This document shows positions 1 through 7,232 of a stretch of DNA of 30,749 nucleotides, one piece after another. The DNA lies in the IMG/VR virus record IMGVR_UViG_3300036783_000019, positions 1 to 30,749 of that record; one strand, given 5' to 3'. Below the pieces are notes generated by a model. That model was not told the DNA's origin. It ran no database searches and saw only the letters and a program-made list of their open reading frames with translations. The DNA is from a virus (lineage: Duplodnaviria; Caudoviricetes). The position numbers were made by a program, and so were the translations under genes. Numbering within the stretch: position 1 is the stretch's first letter; the number at the start of each line of letters is the position of its first letter.

Positions 1-138
1 TTCTGCCGTGGGCAGATGGTAACGGTGGATCTCGCCTTCCAGGATATCCGCCCAGTAGAGTGCGTTCTCTTCTGCGCTCCACGTCGGGCATTCCGGCAGA
101 TGCCCCGTGTAATTCAACAGCAGCTGTGGTTCAGCCAT
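1..138 (-). CDS. Host gene, 5' part: SMP-30/gluconolactonase/LRE family protein (runs off the window)
   Basis: Hand translation from ATG at 138 gives MAEPQLLLNYTGHLPECPTWSAEENALYWADILEGEIHRYHLPTAE, matching the family N-terminus L-x-E-x-P-x-W...LYWxDI. A GGGGA RBS lies upstream. Confidence 0.8.
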   Translation of the reverse strand, partial: MAEPQLLLNYTGHLPECPTWSAEENALYWADILEGEIHRYHLPTAE

Positions 139-155
139 GACAGTTCCCCAAAATG

Positions 156-179
156 AAAAAAGCCAGCATTGCTGGCTTT
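156..179 (-). terminator. Intrinsic terminator-like hairpin AAAGCCAGCA-T-TGCTGGCTTT containing the att core
   Basis: Perfect inverted repeat, followed on the minus strand by TTTTTTCATTTT. Confidence 0.7.
164..179. repeat. att core, int-proximal junction (CAGCATTGCTGGCTTT)
   Basis: Identical 16-mer at 30651-30666. Both copies lie at phage/host boundaries and are flanked internally by Int arm-type sites. Confidence 0.92.
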
Positions 180-203
180 AACTTATAGTGCATGTGACCT
201 TTT

Positions 204-216
204 AATCAATGGCTTA
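204..216 (+). promoter_or_regulatory. IHF binding site in the att arm
   Basis: AATCAATGGCTTA is a perfect match to WATCAANNNNTTR and lies between the core and the arm sites, as in P2 attP. Confidence 0.75.
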
Positions 217-289
217 CATATAACACTGAGTGAAAACAGCAACTTAGAAAAGTCTGTAACCCTCTGGAACCGTTTCAAAAACCCCGAAG

Positions 290-308
290 TGTGGACGCAA
301 TGTGGACA
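290..308 (+). promoter_or_regulatory. Integrase arm-type binding sites (TGTGGACG / TGTGGACA, 11-bp period)
   Basis: Matches the P2 Int arm consensus TGTGGACA. The same pair with the same spacing occurs at 30582-30600. Confidence 0.85.
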
Positions 309-314
309 CTTTGG

Positions 315-644
315 TCAATCCAGATGGATTTCTTTTGCTGTTCTCAGAATGTCTTCAATCTCCTTGGTATTGTTCGCCGTAACCTCCGATACAGGCCCAT
401 CGCGATATTGAACCTTAATTTTCCCGTATTTCGCTTTGGCGATAATAATCGCGGCCAAGGCGCTTATCGCTGATGTTGCAACAGGTACAATCACTTGCAC
501 ATATTCAAGTGCAGTTGAGGATGCCGAAAAAAATCTGGGGCCGCGTTTGGTCTCAAAATGAGCGCTGTTTAATTCCTTCCCCAGGTGGTCTATAGTGGCA
601 CCACGACCAACAAAACGGATATTATTTATGCTGTTACTCGTCAT
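315..644 (-). CDS. 109-aa accessory protein with one central hydrophobic helix; EACC1-like appearance
   Basis: ORF track 315..653. ATG at 644 is preferred because the AGGAGA RBS is properly spaced from it. Hydrophobic segment VQVIVPVATSAISALAAIIIA is followed by KIKVQYRDGPVSEVTANNTKEIEDIL. Confidence 0.75.
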   Translation of the reverse strand: MTSNSINNIRFVGRGATIDHLGKELNSAHFETKRGPRFFSASSTALEYVQVIVPVATSAISALAAIIIAKAKYGKIKVQYRDGPVSEVTANNTKEIEDILRTAKEIHLD

Positions 645-798
645 GTGTGGCAAATCTCCTGATAGTAAATTCCTGTTTTTCCTGACGCTTATACGTAAAG
701 CTTTCTCCGTGTTGTTCTCGCAGAAAGTTACTTACGTAAGATTCTGCGAGACTCCAGAAGATACTGAGAACCTGAATCATCTTCTGGAGGTTTTGCAT
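634..798 (-). CDS. Putative 54-aa small protein, below the ORF-track cutoff
   Basis: Hand translation gives MQNLQKMIQVLSIFWSLAESYVSNFLREQHGESFTYKRQEKQEFTIRRFATHDE. It fills the gap between int and the 109-aa gene, and its stop overlaps that gene's start (ATGACGAGTAA). Confidence 0.45.
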   Translation of the reverse strand: MQNLQKMIQVLSIFWSLAESYVSNFLREQHGESFTYKRQEKQEFTIRRFATHDE

Positions 799-824
799 AC
801 CTGCGCACCGTCTCCAAAACGAGG

Positions 825-1808
825 CTAACTAAGGCTGATGCCTCCACCCAGTGGGTTAAGCGCCACAGCATTTTGCAGGTAGTCCGGCGAAAGATGTGCG
901 TAGGTCATTGTTTGCTGAATGTTCGCATGGCCCAGGATGCGCTGTAATGCAATGATGTTGCCCCCATTCATCACGAAATGGCTCGCGAAGGTATGCCGCA
1001 AAATATGTGTTGCCTGATTTGGTGGGATGTCCGGCTTGACCATCTTCAGAATCTTGCAAAAGCTCACATAATCAACGTTGAATAAATTCCCGCTGGCCTT
1101 TTCCTTAATCATCCTCTCCAGTTCGGTAGATATCGGAACCGTGCGTTTCTTTCCATTCTTCGTTTTCAGGAACGTGACGCGAGCGTTAACAATCTGCGCT
1201 GGTTTAAGTGTTACCAGTTCAGACCATCGTCCGCCCGTACTGAGGCCCAGAAGCGCAACGAGCAAATCATCCCCAGTAAAAGAACTCAGCAATTGCGAAA
1301 TTTCCGCTTTGTCTAGGAAGGCCATTTCCTGATTGGCTTCTGCCAACGGTGGCAGACCATGGATGGGGTGCGCACCGGCAAACTCATCAAGTTTAATCAG
1401 CTTGGAAAACATCCCAGATAACCGGTAAATGTCGCGGTTGATCGTTGATGCACTCACTCCGTCCCGCAACCTTGCAGAGCGGTAATCCATTAAGATTCGT
1501 TTGCTCAACCTGGTGACAGGGATGTCGCCAATGTCACCTATAGTTTTAACCAAGTGATTGAACTCCTTCGTTCCGCGCTCAAGGTTCTGCCCGTAATACT
1601 TCCACCATATATCCAGCAGTTCTATGAGCGTTCGTCGATCTGCTCGCTGCCCAGCCCATTCTTTTGTTTTGGCGTTCGCCAGCGTATAGCGCTCAAAGGC
1701 CAACGCTTCGGCTTTCCTGTCAAACTTCCGGCGAATGCGACGTCCTTCGCGCCCGCGCGGCCTGATGTCCACTTCATAACGTCCATCATCGAGTCTCTTA
1801 ATACTCAT
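825..1808 (-). CDS. int: Tyrosine recombinase, P2-type integrase
   Basis: P2 Int-like N-terminus MSIKRLDDGRYEVDIRP. Catalytic motifs STGGRWSE, HILRHTFASH and LGHANIQQTMTYAH. GGAGG RBS. Confidence 0.97.
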   Translation of the reverse strand: MSIKRLDDGRYEVDIRPRGREGRRIRRKFDRKAEALAFERYTLANAKTKEWAGQRADRRTLIELLDIWWKYYGQNLERGTKEFNHLVKTIGDIGDIPVTRLSKRILMDYRSARLRDGVSASTINRDIYRLSGMFSKLIKLDEFAGAHPIHGLPPLAEANQEMAFLDKAEISQLLSSFTGDDLLVALLGLSTGGRWSELVTLKPAQIVNARVTFLKTKNGKKRTVPISTELERMIKEKASGNLFNVDYVSFCKILKMVKPDIPPNQATHILRHTFASHFVMNGGNIIALQRILGHANIQQTMTYAHLSPDYLQNAVALNPLGGGISLS

Positions 1809-1920
1809 AAGACCCTCCGATTTACGCTTTTTAAAACTTTGTAACTTGTCGTACCAGTATGTTTAGCGAACTTTTCAACGAGTACCATGCATCTGTAATG
1901 CATGTAAGCACGGTGAATAG

Positions 1921-2214
1921 TTAGCCAGTTTTGCGGCCTGAGTGTGACGAGGTTGTTTCTTCTGGCCCAGAGTGTGCGACGACCGGACTAATCTGCCCGG
2001 CTTCTGGTGCGGTCTTATCGGTCATTAACCACAGAGTGTATTTTTCAAATTGCGTCGTGTTCGTTACCTGCATGATGACCTGTATGCCTGGCTCTTGATG
2101 ACCTCCTTCATAGTTCTTTAGCGTACCTAACGCTATCCCGCTGATTTCACAGAATTTAGACTGTGTTAGCCCTTCTGCTTTTCTGATAGCCCGTAATTTT
2201 TGAGCAAGATTCAT
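1921..2214 (-). CDS. C: Immunity repressor C (XRE helix-turn-helix)
   Basis: HTH LRAIRKAEGLTQSKFCEISGIALGTLKNYEGG plus the P2 C-like tail FEKYTLWLMTDKTAPEAGQISP...HSGRKTG. Start trimmed to ATG 2214. Confidence 0.92.
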   Translation of the reverse strand: MNLAQKLRAIRKAEGLTQSKFCEISGIALGTLKNYEGGHQEPGIQVIMQVTNTTQFEKYTLWLMTDKTAPEAGQISPVVAHSGPEETTSSHSGRKTG

Positions 2215-2347
2215 TTGATTTGGTCCTGACTTAATGACTATACTCACCCGAAAAGGTCATTGACTCAGAACCTTTTTGGGCGTGAGTCCAGCGCCTCAGG
2301 AAGCATCCTGAACCGTTTTAAAGCTGCTGGATCCTACAAGGTTAGCA
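2215..2347. promoter_or_regulatory. Lysis-lysogeny switch: candidate Pe (TTGATT-N18-TATACT, 2215-2244, +), candidate Pc (TG-C-TAACCT, 2347-2339, -), two 17-bp operator-like repeats (2222-2238, 2256-2272)
   Basis: Face-to-face promoter motifs between divergent C and cox. The repeats match 14/17 in inverted orientation. Confidence 0.6.
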
Positions 2348-2374
2348 TGTAACCAAATGAGAATGGAGTGTGTT

Positions 2375-2647
2375 ATGGACGTGAATGATTACGTTATCCA
2401 GTACCCGCTTGATGCGGTACACCCAGATAAGTTCGCGGAATTGCTTGGGAAACCTCGCACCGCCGTTCAAACAATGATTGAAAAAAACAAACTGCCGGTC
2501 GTTGAATTCCGCGATCCGACCAAACCAAAAGCACGGGCTGGGGAAAAGCTGGTCTTTGTGCCTGAGTTTAATCGCGGCGTTCGTGAGGCGTTTTACAATC
2601 GTCCAGTTGAACAGCGCGACGCATGGCTTTTATGGATGGGGCTTTAA
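2375..2647 (+). CDS. cox: Cox (excisionase and repressor of the lysogenic promoter)
   Basis: KFAELLGKPRTAVQTMIEKNKLPV...RAGE...RPVEQRDAWLLWMGL parallels P2 Cox. GGAG RBS before ATG 2375. Confidence 0.92.
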   Translation: MDVNDYVIQYPLDAVHPDKFAELLGKPRTAVQTMIEKNKLPVVEFRDPTKPKARAGEKLVFVPEFNRGVREAFYNRPVEQRDAWLLWMGL

Positions 2648-2649
2648 TC

Positions 2650-2874
2650 ATGACTACGCTGACGACAAGCCCTTCTTTCGCAAGCCTGTTAACCAAAAGC
2701 CAACAGGTAACACACCGCGCCCACACCCGTGGCTGGATTGAAACCCCGGACGGTCGTTTCTTCCAGCCAAAGGCCGCCGACGTGCAGTTCATTAAACATT
2801 GCCGTTTGCCCTTCATGACGCGCCCGCGCAATAAACGTCGCTGGTTCGCCCGCCTGATGGGCATCTTCGCTTAG
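2650..2874 (+). CDS. Fil-like early protein (phage 186 filamentation protein family)
   Basis: PSFASLL...H..GWI...DG motif as in 186 Fil. Expected position in the early operon. Confidence 0.65.
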   Translation: MTTLTTSPSFASLLTKSQQVTHRAHTRGWIETPDGRFFQPKAADVQFIKHCRLPFMTRPRNKRRWFARLMGIFA

Positions 2875-2884
2875 TTCTGGTGAG

Positions 2885-3280
2885 GTGGATATGTTCATGG
2901 ATAAAGCAAGGCAGCAACCAGGACGCCGCAGTTTCCTGGAGCAACGCGCCAGACTGCAAGCCAGTTTGAATGCCAACCGCGTGAACGATACGGCAACCCG
3001 CTTCAATCGCCTGGATGAAACTCGCAGAAAAGTGGTTTTCATCCTGGCGAATGATGCCGCCAGTCGCGTGGCCGGTTTACCACAACTGACCCGCAGCCAC
3101 CTGAATTTAGCCTTTGCAGATCTGACCGAAGCGGAACAAACCTGCCTGATGATGGGGATTAAGCGCCTTTCGGAGTTCGCCGCGTCAATGCCGTGGGAAT
3201 TTGAGGACTACGCCGCGCCCCGCGCTGAAATGCAGGCTTTACGTGACAAGCCGCCAGAGCCAGTTAAACCAACCAATTAA
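2885..3280 (+). CDS. Early protein, possibly related to P2 gpB / DUF5347
   Basis: 131-aa ORF in the early operon. Helical motif FNRLDETRRKVVFILA...AFADLTEAEQTCLMMGIKRL resembles these families. Exact start (2885, 2891 or 2897) uncertain. Confidence 0.55.
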   Translation: MDMFMDKARQQPGRRSFLEQRARLQASLNANRVNDTATRFNRLDETRRKVVFILANDAASRVAGLPQLTRSHLNLAFADLTEAEQTCLMMGIKRLSEFAASMPWEFEDYAAPRAEMQALRDKPPEPVKPTN

Positions 3281-3349
3281 CAAATAACTGACCACAAAAA
3301 AGAAACAGGCGCTAACGCGTCGGGCTTCTTGCACCCTGGAGAAAGTAAA

Positions 3350-4324
3350 ATGATTCGTTCGCTTGTGAAATGGCCTGGTGGTAAAAGCCGCGTAATTCCC
3401 GATCTGCTGCCCTTGCTGCCTAAGGCGGATTGCCTGGTTGAACCGTTTGTCGGCGGTGCTTCTGTTTTCCTCAATACTGAATATCGCCGTTATATCCTAG
3501 GTGATATTAATCCCGACTTGATTAACCTTTATCGCCAGATAATGCGCTGGCCGGATGCGGTGATTAACGCCGCTCGACCGTTGTTTAAGATCTACGGCGA
3601 CAAAGAGGGCTATTTGTGGGTCCGTGAGGATTTCAACGCCCGCGCCAGAGATTATCTTTCTTCGCGTGAAATTTTCGAAAACGGCCCGGATGCCGGCAAG
3701 ATTCTTCGCGCTGCGCAATTCCTTTATCTGAATCGCCACGGCTATAACGGCGTTGTTCGCTACAACCACCAGGGTGGATATAACGTTCCATTTGGTAAGC
3801 ACAAAAACCCGCCTTACTTCCCCGAAGAACAGATCCGCTTGTTCTCTGAAAAGGCCAACGACACGAAAGCTATTTTCGTTTGTTGCGACTACCAGAGCAC
3901 ATTAAAAATTATGATTGGCAGTGATGCCGTTATCTACTGCGATCCGCCGTACCTGCCAGCGAGCGAAACAGCCAATTTTACCCAGTACCACACCGCCCCG
4001 TTTGGTGAGAAACAACATCGTCAGTTAGCGGCGGCCCTTCTGGCGGCCAACCGCCTGACCGGCTCGCCGGTGATCCTGTCAAACAGCGATACCCCAGCCA
4101 CACGTGAGATTTACAGCGCTTTCAAATTCCAGGAAATCAGCGTTAACCGCTCGGTAAGCGTGAACGCCAATACCAGGGGAGCCGCCAGCGAGGTGATCGG
4201 CGTCCTCAAAGTGTGCGACGGCTGTGGGCGTGCCGGTGGTGGTCGCTGCCCGGACTGTGGCCCAGTAATGGGGGATGCGACATACAAAGAAATGATCGCG
4301 ACGGCTGCGGAGTCTTTCCAGTGA
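3350..4324 (+). CDS. dam: DNA adenine methyltransferase (Dam family) with C-terminal CxxC-CxxC extension
   Basis: KWPGGK, EPFVGGASV, DINPDLINLY, YLNRHGYNG and catalytic YCDPPY motifs. GGAG RBS before ATG 3350. Confidence 0.95.
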   Translation: MIRSLVKWPGGKSRVIPDLLPLLPKADCLVEPFVGGASVFLNTEYRRYILGDINPDLINLYRQIMRWPDAVINAARPLFKIYGDKEGYLWVREDFNARARDYLSSREIFENGPDAGKILRAAQFLYLNRHGYNGVVRYNHQGGYNVPFGKHKNPPYFPEEQIRLFSEKANDTKAIFVCCDYQSTLKIMIGSDAVIYCDPPYLPASETANFTQYHTAPFGEKQHRQLAAALLAANRLTGSPVILSNSDTPATREIYSAFKFQEISVNRSVSVNANTRGAASEVIGVLKVCDGCGRAGGGRCPDCGPVMGDATYKEMIATAAESFQ

Positions 4325-4548
4325 CTATCCGTTTGCAGATTTCATGCGCCGCGCCGCTGTGCGTAAGCAAGCGTGCAACCGCTGAATTAAGCCAGTACGC
4401 GAAAGGCCGAAAAAATTATTCCCGCATTGCGCCACATCATTACCTGGTGATCCGCCTGGGTTGCCGCTGGCGGTTGTTGAGTAAGGACGGCGGCAAGGTC
4501 TGGTCATTGCTGACCCACGAAAGGTACAACGTGGAAAGTAAGAAATGA
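4321..4548 (+). CDS. 75-aa basic protein resembling ParE/RelE-like toxin fold proteins
   Basis: GTG start overlaps the dam stop and its stop overlaps the gpA start. C-terminal YLVIRLGCRWRLLSKDGGKVWSLLTHERYN motif. Confidence 0.65.
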   Translation: MTIRLQISCAAPLCVSKRATAELSQYAKGRKNYSRIAPHHYLVIRLGCRWRLLSKDGGKVWSLLTHERYNVESKK

Positions 4549-7127
4549 CGGATTTCGCCTGGCCCTGGAATAAGCCCCGCCCCGCTATCGGGGCGTTTAC
4601 CTTTGAATCTGCAAAGCTTGCCCCGCTCGCCGGGGCGGTGGCGCATCACCCTGCCGTTGAAAAGTATATCGACCGGATTATCAAACGCGCCGGTTATAAC
4701 CCGGCTGAGGTTCGCAATCGTGGGGCGCTGATCCATGCGCTGGACAAATACGAGCCGCACGGCCTGCCGTTTGCCGTACATCAAGAAATGGTAAGAAAAG
4801 ACATGGCCACCGCAAAGGCCGCCGCAGCCGCATGGGCCAACACGCCGGAAGGAGTGGAGGCCCGTTTGTTGTCTGAACCGTTTTTTATCCGCGAAGTCTG
4901 GCGCAAAAAAATCGACTGGTTACGCGCCAACCGTGAAGCCCGACACATTAATGATTTTCTTATGGGGACCGTGAAAAAATCATTACTGCGTCTTGATGTC
5001 GTGCGCAGCAAACAAGGCGTTGCGACAGACCTCAACAGCGAACTGGCCGCCTACTGGCATGGACGCTGGCAGCGCCTGGCAGATTTCACCAAACGGGAAG
5101 CGTTAAGCGCCGCGCATGAGATTGCCAACCGCCTGGCTGAAATGCTTGAAACTGAATGCGCCGCTTTGGGCCTGACCGCCGAGGGCATGAGCGTTGAAGA
5201 ACTGGACTGGATTTATTGCCACCTGGGCCGCGAAATGCTGGCCCTCCGCGTTGTGCCTCCTGCATGGACCGCGCCGTGGGAACGTGATCGGATCTTTACC
5301 GCCATTCTGCGCATGTGCTCGCCGGACTGGTGGGGCCGTAAAATCTGGCGTCTTCGCTGCGACTGGCGCGAAAACCAGTTGCGTGCAGTCGGCGCGGTTC
5401 ACCGCAAGGCCCACGCCTATGTAAGCGCCTCAAGCCTAGTTGAATGGCAGGAACAGCGCCGGAAGAACCGCGAATTTTTCAAGAGTCATGAGCTTGTCGA
5501 CGAAGACGGCAACGTTTCATCGCTTGAAGATATGATTAACAAGTCCACGTCCAATCCGGCGATCCGCCGCCATGAGCTAATGGCGCGTATGGCTGGCGTG
5601 GAGCTTGTCGCACAACAGCGCGGCGATGTGGGCATCTTCCTGACCATCACTTGCCCGTCCAAATATCACAGCAATGTCGAATCCGGTCACCATAACGGCA
5701 AGTGGAATCACACCACCGTTGCCCAGGCGCAGCGGTATTTATGCCGCGTCTGGAACCGAGCAACCGCCAAACTGAAACGTGAAGATTTGCGCCCTTATGG
5801 CTTCCGTGTCGCGGAGCCACACCACGACGGCACGCCGCATTGGCACGCCCTGTTATTCATGCCGCAGGCGGAGGTTAAAGCCACCGTCGCGATCCTTCGC
5901 GCTTACTTCATTGCGGAGGACCGCGACGAACTGGGCCGCAATACCGGCGCTCGCTTCAAGTCCAAAAAAATGGATCCGCGCAAGGGGTCAGCAACGGCAT
6001 ACATCGCGAAATATATTTCCAAGAATATCGACGGCCACGCGCTGGCCGGTGAGCTGGACGACGAGACAGGCAAGCCGCTGAATGAAACGGCTAAATATGC
6101 AATGGCGTGGGCATCGCTTCACCGCATCCGCCAGTTTCAACCGCTGGGCCAGCCGCCTGTGTCCGTTTATCGCGAACTGCGCAAACTGAGCAACCAGCTA
6201 ACCAACCAGCGCAAAATTGCGAATACCTTCAAACGTGGTGCGGCAATGCTGGCCGATCCCGAAATGGATGCGGTCTGCGCCGCCGCCGATGTGGGTTGCT
6301 TCGCCACATACATATTGCGCCAGGGCGGTGTGTTGATCCCGCGTGAAAACTATGTCGTCCGCCTCGCCTATCAGCCAGCCGATGAAATGAATGCTTACTG
6401 TGAGATTCCGGAAAAGGTCTTCGGGGTCTGGTCGCCGCGCCTGGGCGATGCCTCCCGCATTTGTACCCGCCTTGTTAAATGGACCATTCGCGCCAAATCC
6501 AAAGCCACCACCGAGGCCAAAGGCGGCCCCGGTTTGGGGGTTGCCGTTTTGCCGTCGCCAACCGGCGACGCTTGGAGTTCTGTCAATAACTCTACGGAAG
6601 ACGAAAAAATCACCGATTTGTCGCCAGATGTGGAGGAAGTGACAGACGATTCAGAGGAAGAAATGGTCGATTTTGAAAGAATGGACGCGGCCACGCGGCG
6701 CAAGTTGGTTCGCCGGTTGCTGGATACGCCTGTCAGAAGGGTAAAATCAGATTCACCGTATGACCCAGGCAGTGAACTGGATGTCGCTTGGCGTGCAGCA
6801 GTGGAGAAAACTAACTCAAAATCGGCAGAGGAAAAAGCCAGACGGGCCGCGCTTGCACCAGCGGTTACCAATTTGCTGGCTCAAGCCTCCCTTCATTCAA
6901 TGGAAATTTCAAAGGCGCAGGCCGTTTCGCTGCTTATGGGAAGTTGTCTTAAAATTAACGGCAAGATTTACCGTGTCAAAACCAACGGAGAATTAATAAC
7001 ACGTCCAAGAAATGATGAAAAAGAAAAAATCGATAATTTATGGGGTTATTTACGAGATCATCATAACATAGACACACTTCAAATAAGGCATGATCCCTTT
7101 GGAGAGTACTCAAAGAAGTTACGCTAA
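4545..7127 (+). CDS. A: Rolling-circle replication initiator gpA (HUH endonuclease)
   Basis: FLTITCPSKYH, EPHHDGTPHWH, YIAKYISKNIDG (two catalytic tyrosines) and WASLHRIRQFQ motifs. Confidence 0.96.
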   Translation: MTDFAWPWNKPRPAIGAFTFESAKLAPLAGAVAHHPAVEKYIDRIIKRAGYNPAEVRNRGALIHALDKYEPHGLPFAVHQEMVRKDMATAKAAAAAWANTPEGVEARLLSEPFFIREVWRKKIDWLRANREARHINDFLMGTVKKSLLRLDVVRSKQGVATDLNSELAAYWHGRWQRLADFTKREALSAAHEIANRLAEMLETECAALGLTAEGMSVEELDWIYCHLGREMLALRVVPPAWTAPWERDRIFTAILRMCSPDWWGRKIWRLRCDWRENQLRAVGAVHRKAHAYVSASSLVEWQEQRRKNREFFKSHELVDEDGNVSSLEDMINKSTSNPAIRRHELMARMAGVELVAQQRGDVGIFLTITCPSKYHSNVESGHHNGKWNHTTVAQAQRYLCRVWNRATAKLKREDLRPYGFRVAEPHHDGTPHWHALLFMPQAEVKATVAILRAYFIAEDRDELGRNTGARFKSKKMDPRKGSATAYIAKYISKNIDGHALAGELDDETGKPLNETAKYAMAWASLHRIRQFQPLGQPPVSVYRELRKLSNQLTNQRKIANTFKRGAAMLADPEMDAVCAAADVGCFATYILRQGGVLIPRENYVVRLAYQPADEMNAYCEIPEKVFGVWSPRLGDASRICTRLVKWTIRAKSKATTEAKGGPGLGVAVLPSPTGDAWSSVNNSTEDEKITDLSPDVEEVTDDSEEEMVDFERMDAATRRKLVRRLLDTPVRRVKSDSPYDPGSELDVAWRAAVEKTNSKSAEEKARRAALAPAVTNLLAQASLHSMEISKAQAVSLLMGSCLKINGKIYRVKTNGELITRPRNDEKEKIDNLWGYLRDHHNIDTLQIRHDPFGEYSKKLR
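6568..6594 (+). other. Replication origin (gpA nick site) inside gene A
   Basis: CTTGGAGTTCTGTCAATAACTCT resembles the P2/186 ori core GGAGT(C/T)CTGTCAATAAC. GC-rich hairpins precede it, e.g. CGTCGCC-AACC-GGCGACG. Confidence 0.8.
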
Positions 7128-7151
7128 CGAGATTAGAACCACCATGTAATT

Positions 7152-7193
7152 TGACATGTTGACCACAACTATATTGCTTGAGTCAACATGTCA
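7152..7193. repeat. Perfect 12-bp inverted repeat between convergent A and KAP NTPase genes
   Basis: TGACATGTTGAC (7152-7163), 18-nt spacer, GTCAACATGTCA (7182-7193). Confidence 0.8.
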
Positions 7194-7232
7194 TCTAACT
7201 CTGATGATTTAGATATGAAACCTTCCTAATAA

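Noticed and set aside
169-473. Plus-strand ORFs of 80 and 60 aa over the att arm
   Set aside because: They overlap att core, IHF and arm sites and are antisense to the better supported 109-aa gene; no motifs.
595-828. 77-aa plus-strand ORF
   Set aside because: No clear RBS and antisense to the coupled minus-strand pair. Not fully excluded.
4213-4320. N-terminal extension of the 111-aa ORF
   Set aside because: Overlaps the dam tail; the GTG at 4321 with 4-bp coupling is the more plausible start.
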